NCBI GenBank assembly: GCA_964016885.1
Contig: OZ024743.1
Coordinates: forward strand, 115,320,001-115,384,000
DNA length: 64,000 bases
DNA from: Eledone cirrhosa
Lineage: Eukaryota
Direction: 5' to 3'
The notes under the pieces: generated by a model
Told to the model about the DNA's origin: nothing
The model's input: the letters and a program-made list of their open reading frames with translations, nothing else
The model's database searches: none
Translations under genes and position numbers: made by a program
In this document: in pieces, positions 41,420 to 55,075 of the stretch
Numbering within the stretch: the first letter of the stretch is position 1
Layout of the letters: the number at the start of each line of letters is the position of its first letter

Positions 41420-42262
41420 TTAACTGTAACACGTAGAACTTTATTATATAAAATTGTAACTGTTATCATTTACCTAAAGTATACTGTACCACTAATACCT
41501 AATATATATCTCTATATATACCTCCCTATATCTTCCTATACATAATTTTTAGTTAACTTCTAAATTTTTAGTTAAATTTCTTGATTATGTTTACTCTGAA
41601 CTATGAATAATTAATGCATTTATACCCAGTTATATATAGGTGTATATTTAACCTTAACATGCATCAATCTATTATTTTGTTATCATCTCCTAAAATATAC
41701 TGGCTAATTAATATATATATATATATATAATCGTTATTTAAATATTTCTAACAATAAGTAATTCACAAGCTTTACATACCTAATACGCTCAGTATCTCGG
41801 TTAAAGATTACATTTAGGAAAATAATCAACAGTATAAACTCTCACTCCTGTTGGCCAGCTAAATCCTATAAATGTTACCCTCATGAAATTCAGAAGCTTT
41901 GAAATTTTAACACACTTATAGAATTTATTAAACTAATATATAAATAACCAGCAATTTAAAAAAAAAAAAAAAAAATCTTGAATCTTCACCCTATAATACC
42001 ATAAATTAAATATTTTCAAAATCAACCGTTTAACTTTCGGCAAAAATAAATCTGCTTCAGCATATTACCCCTCTTTATTCATAAAATGTAGTATCATACA
42101 TCTTAATATCTATATAACTGTTACATTAAGCAACGTTTTTCTTACTCGCACTTTCTCTATTGAATTTATTACCTTTTCGCATTTTCTCATTATTAGAGTA
42201 TAAATGTTAAATTTTTCTTGGGTTAACCATTTAACATCTTAGGGTATGTCATGTATAATTAT

Positions 42263-42315
42263 ATTTTGTCTGATGAGAACGTACTGTTGTACATCCGAAA
42301 TATGTATAATAAAAT
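42263..42315 (+). ncRNA. Minimal hammerhead in the 5' pseudo-LTR
   Basis: ATTTTGT-CTGATGA-gaacgtac/gtacatcc-GAAA-tatgta-TA-ATAAAAT. Confidence 0.8.
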
Positions 42316-42519
42316 GTAATTGATCAAAAGAACATCTATTTTATTAATATTTGTATTTTAATATTAATAACTCTGGAAAATTATTTTGCTGTAGAGTACT
42401 TCCAATCTACTGTAAAACTCATTCTTTGACATACTCATTGAATCTTGTTTAACTATTTAAAATAATGCTCCCAATTGGTTGAGCGCTTTTCTATACAATA
42501 GATTGCATATTCAATAAAT

Positions 42520-44750
42520 ATGGATTTCTTAAACTTCCCGACTTCCCTCAAAGATATACCCATACCTTCAAATGAAGAATACATGAGGAAAACTATAGAA
42601 CAGACAAACTCTTTTATTGGAAGATTGAGATGGAGAGATTTTCATTTCGAAAATAAAGATGCTGAAAGAAAAACTAACAACAATCATTTCGAATCTTTAT
42701 TTAAATCAAGAAAGAATCCCCCCTCTTCTGGAGATTTTTGAAACAGAAATTCTCGGTATAATAAAAAAAAAATTAAATTTAGGAAAAACCCATATATAGG
42801 TCACCAATACCTCAGAACTCTAAAAGATAAAATCAATGAAATTAAAAAGGTTAACAAAGTATTGGTTAAATCGGACAAAACTAATAATTTATATGGGATA
42901 AGCAAAGATGAATATAACAACTTGATTTTTAAAGAACTTAGGAAAAATTACAAAAAAGCCCCGGCTGAGGATCTTACTGAAGAAGCCTACAAATTAATTA
43001 CCAATTTAAGAATAGAAGGAAGAACTGAGCCATTCTTACCTAGACAGCCGAGGATTAACCTGAAGGATCATAAAAGAAACTTTAAGGAAGAGATGCCAGT
43101 TAGACTGATTGCTCCATCGAAATCGGATATAGGAGTAATCAGTAAAAACATCATAGATAGAATATTACCCACTCTTAAATTGAAATCTAACTTGAGCTTA
43201 TGGAAAGATACAAACGCAGTCATAGAATGGTACACGAATATAGAAGATAAAAAAAAACATAAATTCATCCAGATGGACATTAGTAGCTACTATTCTTCCA
43301 TAACACCTACCCTTCTAAATAAGGCCCTTTCATATGCTTATAAGCATACTTATATAAGCACGGATGAAATCAATATAATATTAACAGCCAGAAGAACTCT
43401 TATTAACTTCAACAACGAATACTGGACACGATCAGATAGAGATAGAAACTTTGATATCACTATGGGTGCATCCAATTCCGCGCAAATCACAGATCTTCTG
43501 GGAATTTTCATATTAAACATGACAAAGAGAAAACTGCCGGAGATTACCGGTGGTTTATATAGGGACGACATTTTATTTACGGTGGTCAAACACAATATAG
43601 AACTAAATAGAGTAAAGAAAAGTATATTAGAATTCTTTAAAATGTACGACCTTAAATTAGAAGTTGAAAATGTTACTAAAATTGTTAATTTCCTAGACGT
43701 TACCTTTAACTTAAACACTGGCTTCTATTACCCTTTTCATGAGCCCAATGAAAACTTAAACTATGTTAGTAACCATTCAAATCACTTTAAATCTGTAAAA
43801 AAAAGTTATAGTAAATAGTGTGCAAAAACGAATTAATAAAATATCAGCCAATAAGGATATATTCGATGAAAATGCTGAATACTACAACAATGCGTTAAAA
43901 AGAGCAGGATATACGAATCATAAAGAATATGTAGATAATAATAATCCAAGTATTATACTTAATAGAAATAATAACATATATAAGTTAAACTCTAATAATT
44001 ATAATTCAAACACCCATATGCCAAATAAATCGAGGATACGAACTAGAACTAAATCAGTCATATGGTTTGCCCCCCCCCCCCCACCTGCTTCTGTCGAGGT
44101 TAAAACACCAATTGCAAAATTATTCTTTAACGCTCTTGACACCTCTTTCCCTACTCAACATAAATACCATTACATTTTTAACAGACATACCGTTAAATTC
44201 TCCTATTCTACAACTATGAACATGGCCCAAAACATTGCCAAATTAAACAATAAAATCCTAAAACAAAACCAAGATATTGATCTTAATAATAGAGTTAACA
44301 TAAATGATACTAAACCAAAATGTAATTGTAGAAATAAAACTGAATGCCCTTTGCAAAATAATTGTCAAGATAGTAATTTGGTTTATAAATGCACCGTAAA
44401 AACTGATCACAACACATACAACTACACAGGATCAACTTCTTCCACATTTAAAGCCCGATTTGCGAAACAAAAATGCTCATTCTCGAACTCACAGCTCATA
44501 TGGTCATTAAAAGAGAAAAATTTAAAATACTCCATTCTTTGTACAAAACTTCGTAACTGGAATTTACCGTAACTCTAGGATATCAATTAACTGCACGCTC
44601 TGTAAAATGAAGACCCTGTTGATTATTAACTATGAGACCCTAATTAACAAAACAAGTGAATTATTATCTAGTTGCCTCCATAAAGCTACATCCACATTCT
44701 TAGCCTCCCACAAAACGAGAAAAACAGAGAGTCTAGCATTAAACAATTAA
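42520..44750 (+). pseudogene. Naiad-type RT-GIY-YIG ORF, complete but frameshifted
   Basis: SLKDIPIPS..RLRWR, KSDKTNNLY, LKDHK, DISSYYSSI, FDITMG, GGLYRDD, WFAPP, CNCR..CPL, CTLC, LINKTSE..CLH. Confidence 0.92.
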
Positions 44751-45103
44751 AAACTTGGTTGTCAGACACATATAATCAACAGGGAAAAACATTAATGGCC
44801 TTTAATATTGCATTATCTTATAACTATCTATTGAAGAAATAACGCTCGAATGAAAGACACTTTTTCAATAACATCCCGGAACATTGACACACATAACATT
44901 ATTTTACTAACTTTGATCAATACCATTATTCCTTTATTTCTTTATTTCTTTATTTTATTATCTCTCTATCTACCTTCCATTCTAAGTTTTAAATTTTAGT
45001 TTAATATCCAACCCATACATTTTTACGGATCTTATTTATATATGTGAATTTTTTAATGCGTTTTTTGATCTCCTATTTATAATATATTATAATATGTATA
45101 ATA

Positions 45104-45204
45104 GCCGAGGTTGATTATGCCTTTCATCCTTACGGGGTCGATAAAATAAAGTACCAGTAATGCACTGGTGATTGCTGGCCTTGTGTCTAAAGTAGAACCA
45201 ATTA
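45104..45204 (+). mobile_element. 5'-truncated SINE inserted in the 3' pseudo-LTR only
   Basis: SINE core/tail present here and absent at the equivalent site (~41205) of the 5' pseudo-LTR. Confidence 0.88.
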
Positions 45205-46239
45205 TGTATGTAATGTAATTATATATTCTATATTTTTTAAATATACCTACTGTATTTATATATCCATGATTCAAATATAGAGCAAATATCCAAACTATAA
45301 ATTATTATAGACATTATTTTGAACTCTGAATTATCCATGCATTTATTATTGTTTCTCTTATATATATATATATATGTATTTAACTGTAACACGTAGAACT
45401 TTATTATATAATATTGTAACTGTTATCATTTACCTAAAGTATACTGTACCACTAATACCTAATATATATCTCTACATATACCTCCCTATATCTTCCTATA
45501 TATAATTTTTAGTTAACTTCTAAATGTTTAGTTAAATTTCTTGATTATGTTTACTCTGAACTAAGAATAATTAATGCATTTACACCCTGTTATATATAGG
45601 TGTATATTTAACCTTAACATGCATCAATCTATTATTTTGTTATCATTTACCTAAAATATACTGGCTCATTAATATATATACATAATCGTTATTTAAATAT
45701 TTCTAACAATAAGTACTTCACAAGCTTTACATACCTAATACGCTCAGTAACTCCGTTAAAGCTTACATTTAGGAAAATAATCAACAGTATAAACTCTCAG
45801 TCCTGTTGGCCATCTAAATCCTATAAATGTTACCCTCATGAAATTCAAAAGCTTTGAAATGTTAACACACTTATAGAATTTATTAAACTAATATATAAAT
45901 AACCAGCAATTTAAAAAAAAAAAAAAAAATCTTGAATCTTCACCCTATAATACCATAAATTAAATATTTTCAAAATTAACCGTTTAACTTTCGGCAAATA
46001 TAAATCTGCTTCAGCATATTACCCCTCTTTATCCATAAATTGTAGTTTCATGCATCTTAATATCTATATAACTGTTACATTAAGCAACGTTTTTCTTACT
46101 CGCCCTTTCTCTATTGAATTTATTACGTTTTCGCATTTTCTCATTATTAGGGTATAAATGTTAAATTTTTCTTGTGTTAATCACTACCTTGATTAAATCT
46201 TAACCATTTAACATCTCAGGGTATGTCATGTATCATTAT

Positions 46240-46292
46240 ATTTTGTCTGAAGAGGACGTACAGTTGTACATCCGAAATATGTATAATAAAAT
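46240..46292 (+). ncRNA. Minimal hammerhead in the 3' pseudo-LTR
   Basis: ATTTTGT-CTGAAGA-ggacgtac/gtacatcc-GAAA-tatgta-TA-ATAAAAT. Confidence 0.82.
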
Positions 46293-46332
46293 GTATTTGA
46301 TCAAAAAAACATCTATTTTATTAATATTTGTA

Positions 46333-46414
<82 letters not shown>

Positions 46415-46922
46415 ACAGAGATATTAGGAAGGGATTTAATATATTTTTATTAACATTATGCGAGTTTCAGCAAAGTATATATAATTATAAAAAATCCTCT
46501 AAGCGGCATTTTATTATATATTGATGGCTACATCAGGGTTGGCATTGTCTTCATCGATTCTGAAAGGATGAAAAGCAAAGTATACCTCGAGGGTATTTAA
46601 ATCAGAAAGGAGAGACACATATGATGAACGGAAAGATTCGATATGTAAAAAATATGTATATCTAGAAATAAAATAGCCGACAGTCTTCGCATGCAAAATC
46701 CTCAACATATTAACACTATGGAAATAACTGACATCTCCGTAACCCAAATATATTAAACCGAGGAAAGACAATGACCAGCTTTTATTCATGTCTAAAATCA
46801 TAATACAGAAGGATTGACCTAACAGGAAGAAAATAAATGAAGAATAGTGGGAGGATCAATATAGGGGTGGAAGAGCGGGACAGGGAGGGAATAAGAATGA
46901 GAGAGTGGGGAGCAACTGACAA

Positions 46923-47309
46923 ATAATTGTTTCTACTTTTGGCACAAGGTCAGCAATTATCTCAGTGCATTACTGGCACTTTATTTTATAGACCCCGGAA
47001 GGATGAAAGGCAAAGTTAATCTCTGGTGGGATTTGAACTCAGACAATAAATGACCGTAACTCTTTGTTGCAAAGCATGGCGTCCGACCCTCTACCGATAC
47101 TGCGAATTAATGATAGAGAAGGGGTAATCGTGATACGATCAAATTGGTGGTTATATATATATATATACACAAATAAATATAGATTGAGAGGGACAAAGCT
47201 GCGTGGGAAAGTTAATCTCTGGTGGGATTTGACCTCAGACCATAAATGACTGTAACTCTATTCTTCAAAGCATGGCCTCCGACCCTCTACCGATACTGCC
47301 AACCACCGC
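46923..47309 (-). mobile_element. tRNA-derived SINE (46923-47104) plus a duplicated head (47205-47309)
   Basis: Reverse complement of the 23374 family. Confidence 0.8.
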
Positions 47310-47791
47310 AACTGACAAATAATGGAGGAGTAATGGTGGAAGAAAGGGTCAGCAGTTTATAAAACTAGGTAAGAGTTTGGGTGGGTATACATATATATGG
47401 TATCAAGAGAAAATGGACACAGTTCCATAAGACGAACGGATAGGTGAGGCATTACTTCGTCCGCCACCACTACATACATATATATATGTGTGTGAACATA
47501 CATATAAAATATATATATACGTATATGTATATATGTGTTCATATGCACATACACATCTTTCTTTCACCAAACACATTTCTTTTTCATTATTTAATTCCGT
47601 TCCTTTCTCATCTGACTCTCAATATTTTTATTTAATCTTTTATTTCTCGTTCTATTTTCTGATAAACGACTTGTGTCCGCAACATTAAACACATATACTA
47701 ATATATCAAGCGTTAAACTAATATATTTTCCCATTGGACTTTGTCGTTCACTTTATTATTTCCGTTTACTTTTCACTTATATGCATGTATG

Positions 47792-47836
<45 letters not shown>

Positions 47837-47852
47837 ACACACACACACACAA

Positions 47853-47924
<72 letters not shown>

Positions 47925-47994
47925 TGTGTAGATAGTACGGTGAAATACAGGTGCTGGCACCAAATCAACCACACTGTGCACAGGCAGAGTGTAT

Positions 47995-48290
47995 ATAATA
48001 GAAAAAATGAGGAAGTAAGTTCGTTTACATATGGAAAATATTTATTGCGTATCGACCTGTTAGGCGCGTTTTGCAGAGGATTGGCTCATAGGAGTTATGG
48101 ATCCAAATCCAGTATCGTACTGCTCCTCAGACTGGTGATGTGACAAATGATACATTTTTGTCAGATATATACTGGAGTCGGGTCCGTAATTCCTATTGGT
48201 CACCTTGAACCAATCTTCTGCGAAACGCGCGTAGCAGGTCGATACGCAATAAATATGTTTCATCTGTAAACGAAACTTCCGCGATTTTTC

Positions 48291-48295
<5 letters not shown>
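47995..48295. mobile_element. Fold-back pair of PLE termini with an HHR (48056-48135 -) having a ~55 nt stem II
   Basis: 47995-48085 is roughly the reverse complement of 48210-48295; ccagt-CTGAGGA-GCAG...CTGC-(G/A)AAA-cgcgcg-TA-(a/g)cagg reconstructed from both arms. Confidence 0.7.
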
Positions 48296-48382
<87 letters not shown>

Positions 48383-48944
48383 GTACATTTTCTTTGTTAA
48401 TATCTAGTTTCATACAGATGTTTACTGGTGTATATAAATAATGAGTAGGTATGTATCAGCGTGGATTCCTATAAGAAAGGTTATAATTATTTACCCGAAG
48501 AAAAATAAACATTTCCGAAGTTTATACTCCTATATAATTTCTATCCATTATCGATAGTGATTGATACGTTCTACCTGTGGTTTAAATTGCACAAGTATTC
48601 TCAACATTCTAAAATATATTTTAAACATCTGATGTAACTTTCCCTTGATATATTGTAATTATTTTGACAACTATATGATGATTGTTTACTGAAAAAAAAC
48701 CCTAACATATTACATCGTTCCTTCTTAACAAATAGCTGCCAAAAGAAAATACTTATGTATACATTCTTTTAATACGGATAAAATAAAACTTACCGAAATG
48801 GCCTGGAAAAGATTGATGCCTAGCATTGATAGTAATCTGGTAAAAACGATACCAAATGATTTACACCAATGACAAAATAATATGTTTGCGGAATATAGAC
48901 ACTGAGGATAGGAACTAGGAAGCCAAACCATATAATTATTCGAT

Positions 48945-49014
<70 letters not shown>

Positions 49015-49076
49015 GTGTGTGTATAGGTATATTTGTATATATGTATAATATATACAAATATATCTATACACACACA

Positions 49077-49749
49077 GCTCTACATGATGGAGCCGACAAA
49101 TATATAGTGAGTTAGAAACTCAGAGTAGTCTTTTACAATTAAATAGCTCTAAGAAAATGAAAAACCTTTTCCGAGCCGTACAATATAATTGAATAAACAA
49201 GAGAGATGAACACTAATATAAACATACATGTGTTCGAATCGTAAGGAGCAAGTTTGCTAGGATGAAAAAATACTAACTACTGCAATATGCTTTGTCAGAC
49301 TTAATTTTACATATTAAATTAAGAAAAATAACAGACCTATATTGGGCAATCGTCTGGTAACAACTAGACTGTTTTGGAGACTGCTTCGCAAAATCTTATT
49401 AAGTGAAGTCCACTCTTTTCTCTGCTCCTCAGTAGTTGTTGAGAAATTAGTGATCCTTCCACTTCTAGAAATATTATAGACTGAATTGCGTGCGATAAAA
49501 ATCATCGCACGTGTCTTCGGAGTCCACCTTGTCTCGAAATTCCATGCCGCTAAAAATAGCAGCCTGGGTAACAGGGCATTAAAATTCGCTCTACATGATG
49601 GAGCCGACAAATATATAGTGAGTTAGAAACTCAGAGTAGTCTCTTACAATTAAATAGCTATAGTTAGTATTTTTTCACCCTAGCAAACTTGCTCCTTACG
49701 ATTCGAACAAATGTATGTTTATATTAGTGTTCATCGCTCTTGTTTATTC

Positions 49750-49757
<8 letters not shown>
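49077..49757 (-). mobile_element. ~511 bp non-coding unit with a 72 bp terminal redundancy and an inverted end piece
   Basis: 49077-49149 is repeated at 49588-49659; 49662-49757 is the reverse complement of 49183-49279. Confidence 0.65.
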
Positions 49758-49791
<34 letters not shown>

Positions 49792-50083
49792 GTCGAAATG
49801 TAATCTTGGTATGTGTATATGCATTTTTTCTTATAACTTTTATACCTAATTGTGTATGGTTGACGGTATATTTAATCGATTTCCACGTGCTATTGAAATG
49901 TTGGGTAAAAATTCTATAGCGGTTGATCGCGAATAAATTGATGTCGTTTATTTATCTACTATTTCTTCATAGGTGCCCTTTCATCTTAAAGCCTGGTTTA
50001 ATTGATTTTTTGTGTGGTTGATTATGCTAATTGGGAGAGGAAATGGTGTATATATATTATCAAATGATTCTATATACTTTATA

Positions 50084-50164
<81 letters not shown>

Positions 50165-50172
<8 letters not shown>

Positions 50173-50704
50173 TGTATATATATGAATGTATATATAGTGT
50201 ATTTTGCAATACACTGTATGCTTAATTAAAAGCTTGCTGAAAATTAAAGTAAGTGTGTGTGTCACTACTCTAAAACAATAGCATAAGGTCTTCGAAATGC
50301 TTTTAATTAAGCATACAGTGTATTGCAAAATACACTATATATACATTTATATATATATAGCTATTTCAGAGCATCAATTCTAATTTTCAATTTCTGCTTG
50401 AACGGTAACCGCTCTGTATAATCAGTTCCTGATTATTTACTAGAATTCTATAAGAACATAACATCCATGATTTCAGCAAACAGGAGGAGTAGTTGGTTTT
50501 GATAAGCATCAATAAATGCGAAACAGTGCCCTGTCAGCTTTATCTCCCCTGTTTGTTGAAAATTAAAGTAAGTGAGTCTGTCACTACTCTAAAACAATAG
50601 CATAAGGTCTTCGAAATGCTTTTAATTAAGCATACAGTGTATTGCAAAATACACTATATATACATTCATATATATATATAGCTATTTCAGAGCACCAATT
50701 CTAA
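50165..50704 (+). mobile_element. Retrozyme-like ~320 bp unit, ~1.45 tandem copies with an inverted 5' piece
   Basis: 50235-50383 is repeated at 50554-50704; 50165-50233 is the reverse complement of ~50299-50360; one internal HHR. Confidence 0.75.
50471..50561 (+). ncRNA. Type I hammerhead with U3:A8 core and long extended stem I
   Basis: tttcagcaaacagg..ggag..GGTT-TTGATAA-GCAT caataa ATGC-GAAA-cag tgcc ctg-TC-AGCT..ctcc-cctgtttgttgaaa. Confidence 0.82.
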
Positions 50705-50725
50705 TATATATTTATAATATAGAAA

Positions 50726-50776
50726 AGCTTCTACAAGACTAAAACTGTTTCATTCGTAAGAAATCATCAGGAAGCT
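50726..50776 (-). ncRNA. Type I hammerhead, canonical core, in a solo terminus (~50720-51030)
   Basis: AGCTTC-CTGATGA-t-ttc ttac gaa-t-GAAA-cag..ttg-TA-GAAGCT. Confidence 0.78.
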
Positions 50777-51462
50777 GACTGTCCAAGTAAATATGGTGGT
50801 ATTTATATCTTTTCTGGTGGTAGGAGAGAGTGGGGATTGGGATGGGTAGAGGTCATTGGTTGATGGGTTTAAAGAAAAGGGAATCCTTTAAAAGCTAATT
50901 CTTTAAAAAGCTATATTTAGAGGAACAAAGGCAGAAAGAATTCTATAAACAAGTTCAAATTGGGGTGACACTCCTTATTTTTAAGGTTATCTTAAGCTAA
51001 CAATGCCTAGATTCCAGGTGTCTACAAGCACATTCACACACACACACACATATATATAAATAAAAAAAATATATATATATGTATATACCTGTATGTATGA
51101 TTGGCGGTAGCACCAACACACCGCTTAGGCTTAATAGTGGCGTGGTGTATACAAAACAATTATAACTATATACTATAAACTAATCGGTAGGTTGAATGCT
51201 GAAGAAAGGTATTTTTTTCATTAGAAAAATATTTGAAAGGAGAAGAAACCATTTTAATTTTCTTTGTATTCCTCTGAATATATCAAAGAGGTTAGATAGC
51301 ATTGTTTCAAGATTTGTTAATGTTCCCTCAGTGACACTAACTCAAGATTCTGGTTATAGACTATGGACAATATAGTATATTGCTTGATGACACTTGCGCG
51401 AGATGATCATGTGTATTTGCATATAGTACGAGCTTAGCTAGCTATATCTATTTTCATAGACA

Positions 51463-51557
<95 letters not shown>

Positions 51558-51580
51558 ATCGTGATCTCTCTCTATATATA

Positions 51581-51693
51581 ATTCAAATCCCGCCGAAGTT
51601 AACATCCTTACGGGGTCGATAAAATAAAGTACCATTATTGCACTGGGTAATTGCTGGCCTTGTGCCAAAAGTAGAAACAATTATTATTATTAT
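51581..51693 (+). mobile_element. 5'-truncated SINE with a (TTA)n tail
   Basis: ttcaaatcccgccgaag...cggggtcgataaaataaagtacc...gtagaaacaattattatt. Confidence 0.8.
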
Positions 51694-51877
51694 TCTTTGA
51701 GTCTCAGTCATTGATGTTATTCAACTGGAAAGTTTGATGAAATGAATATCAAGCCACTACCTGCAGCCTCATATATTCAGGACGTATCGGAGGGTTCTTG
51801 CTGTTCCCAGCAAGCATGCCTTTTGAAGTGTTCCAAAAAGCGGGGCGGGACCAATTTTCTTTAACCATCTTTGGAAA
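51694..51877 (-). mobile_element. R4/Dong-type LINE 3' end fragment
   Basis: Matches 58778-58960. Confidence 0.8.
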
Positions 51878-52881
51878 TGTCTCCAGGCGCTCACTGCCCT
51901 CTGCCAGCTGGGCACCAGTATCGGTGGAACATCCACATCGGCGTTCTATAGAGGACTAGTGGAGGGGAAGAGCGACGACATTCTCGGAGAGATCCTGGGC
52001 GTCGAAGAAGATCAGCTGTTTGCTCTCTTCCGGAGAACTTTCAGCCCGGGGCCTATGGATAACTTCCAAAAATCCCTGGCCTGGCAGTGCTACTGGGGAG
52101 CGTTGCCGGTTCGAGATAATCTCTACAGGCACGGAAGTGCTGTCAGCCGAGCCTGTCCGAGATTCGCGAAGAGCGACGAAACCGTCGTGCACGCACTCGT
52201 TCAATGTCTGAGCATTGCTGACTTGTGGAGCTAAGTCGAACAGTTGCTGTCGCGTGTAGGACTGATCCGATTGTCGACTGACTCCATTGTGCAGAGGGTC
52301 TCACCGTCTTCCTTCAAGCAGGACGGGCAGGCGGTTTTCATCTGCCTGGTGGCCATGGCGAAAGAGATTGTGTGGTGGACAAGGTTAAAAGGGTTAAATA
52401 CAGACACTTACCTCTTCGGCGAATCCCTAATTAACTTTTTCAAGTTTCACTTGAAGAGGAAAATTAGGGTGGAGAGGCAAGTGCTGCTTTGTAGCAAGTT
52501 TGTTGAAAGGTGGGTGAATGTAGCGAGAATGGTCCGAGTGAACGGAATATACGTCTGTAGTTTGAGAGATGGAACACTTGAGAGAGGGCGCTTGCCCTGG
52601 TGGTCAGATTGGCCGTGGTCTTTTGTGTGGTTTTCGCCACGGGTAACCCACGGAGGTTACCCCCTTATTGGGGAATTTTTTATTGTTTCAATTTTCATGT
52701 TTATTGTTTATATATATATGTTTCTATGTCCTTTTTTTTCTTTTCTTATATAAATAATAAAAAATATTTACACGCACAAAACCCACATCCTACCGTCCTG
52801 TACCGTCCTCTGCCGTCTGTAATGTTTTTCTTTATGTCAGCCCTTGTGGCCAATAAAGAAATCGTTATTATTATTATTATT
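51878..52881 (+). mobile_element. 5'-truncated Tx1/L1-type LINE with a (TTA)n tail
   Basis: ORFs 51959 and 52244 parallel the C-terminus of ORF 57324 (MDNFQKSLAWQCY, ETVVHALVQC). Confidence 0.9.
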
Positions 52882-53097
52882 GGCGACCTACGTAGCAAAT
52901 CATATCATCGTGAGCTCCGCAATGGTTTGTTATTTTCAGTTATTTACTATTGCCATTTATGGAAAAATGTTATTGTTAACTGTATATAAGTGCACATACA
53001 TTGATTTCTGAAAAAGACACTAAAAAATATTGGGGCCTTGAGCCCCAAATTTAAACTTTTTATAATTATCAAACAAAAAATATTTCTTTGAAAAATA

Positions 53098-54475
53098 ATG
53101 GATGACTCAGTGTCACTCCTTCCTCACAATCCAACACCTCACACCGACACCACCATTGTAAATATTGCTACGTTTGCCAACACTGGAGTTGTAAGTAGTA
53201 GCAATATTTTAAATATGTCTCAGGCAGACGTTCATTTCCCGCCATTACCAATGACTGCAGGTGTTAAAGCCTCCACCACCACCACGACAAAAACCACCAC
53301 AGCGACAACAGAAACAAAAGAAAAAATAATTTAACCCGTGATATCGAAATGAATTCAACCAAAATGAACTTTTCCACACCGAACACCACTGACGGCAAAC
53401 ACCACCAGAACTGAAACTAAAATTAACAATAGCAAAAATAACGATAACAACAACAGCAACAATGAAATTGAGAAAACTACCCTGAGTTTTGCCAGAGTAG
53501 CAAAAACGTGCCAAGCGATCCATGTAACTCAGGAGGAATTAGAAGAAGCTAAAGGAATGGTAAAGAAAGATGGGTACAGGGTCACCCCCCCCCCCCACAC
53601 ACACCTAATAAAATGGAGCAACGTCGCCTATGCACCGTGTCTTATCGGACAATAAACATAAAATCGCGCCGAGTGGAACGGGCATCCGAGTCCCGAATCC
53701 AAAACTTTGGGATATGTGTGGGCAAAAAAACCCCACATCAGACGTGGGCAGAAGTATGGAAACATGGACGTGTTCTTTGAAACACCACAGGAGGCCAGAG
53801 AACACTCCATGGCCCCATTAAGAAGTGAGTGACGACCTCATACTCATCCCAAGCTATTGTGGCCAGAGACTTGTGAAGATCAGGGTGACCCACGTTCCAC
53901 CGGCCATCGAAATTCCCTGGCTAATGGCTGCCGTCCTCGCCGGCATCGAGGCCAACACCAAAATAATAGCAATAGCAAAAGAAAAGCAGGAGAACTGGTC
54001 CGGATCTGGGATGGAGCTCCTGATCCAAGCGGACCATAAAAGCATTGAGGAGATCCCAGAGGTAATAGACCTCACTGACGGCAGCCACCTCACCGTAATC
54101 GTCGAGGGCAGAAGACCTAGGTGTGTCGTTTATGGTGAAGGAACCCACCTAAGGGCTTTCTGCCCTCATGCTAAAAGGTTGAGGCTACCTGTCTTACCCA
54201 CCCCAGTGACTCAACCAACAACACCAGCTGCAGCAGAAATGGCAGCAACAACTGTAGCAGCAACAACAGAATCAACTGTAACAGCAACAATCCCAGCAAC
54301 AGTAGCAAAACCAACACCACCACCACTCAACGCCCCAGAACTAGCACCAGCGCCTACATCATCCACCACGCCACAACCAAAACTAACGCCTGTGGAGGAT
54401 TTTCCACTCCCCGGCCTATCACATCTGGAGACAGATTGTGACGACGAGGAGTTGGAAATGGTATCAGGAAAATAG
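53098..54475 (+). pseudogene. LINE ORF1 remnant
   Basis: ORF 53825-54475 plus upstream broken frames. Confidence 0.6.
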
Positions 54476-55075
54476 AAAAAAATAAGAAACCAAAAAAGAA
54501 AAAAATTCTCTTCCCTCCCCCTCCAAAAACAAAATACAGAGGGAAACAAATAAATTATCAAACAAGTAAGTTAAGTCAGATATGCCACCATCCACACCAG
54601 CACAACCAACCCCATCACCACAAACACCAACATCATCAGCATCATTAACCCCAATACCACCATCACCAACACCACAAAAGTCACCAAACCGCGTAACAGA
54701 AACAAACCCACATCAAACGCCAGCAAAACAAAACAACCAATACGATACACACTACACAGCATTACATTTGAACAACAACTAATTATTACACTACATGCAA
54801 CACAACACCAGCATCAGAGAAAAAGACTACACAACAACCCAAAAGTTTACACCACCTCCACACATACAAATCACTCGCATCACACAGAAAACGTACACGA
54901 CACTAAAACAAAAAATCCCCAAATACATCGGAGACTACAGACAGACACACTCCAGGAGGATGTATAAGAACATCCTTCCGGAGGAGGCCACAAGCAGTGG
55001 AAAGGATGGACAAACCATCCTTCCTCTACGAGAAGTAAGGTAAGTGGTCTTACCCATCTTTTCCACTCCATTTCA

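Larger units (their letters stand above)
40935..46340 (+). mobile_element. Near full-length Naiad-type PLE with ~1.4 kb direct pseudo-LTRs (40999-42364, 44898-46340) and a short inverted 5' piece
   Basis: Long direct repeats flank the ORF; 40935-40993 is the reverse complement of 42404-42463; (TA)n flanks. Confidence 0.95.
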
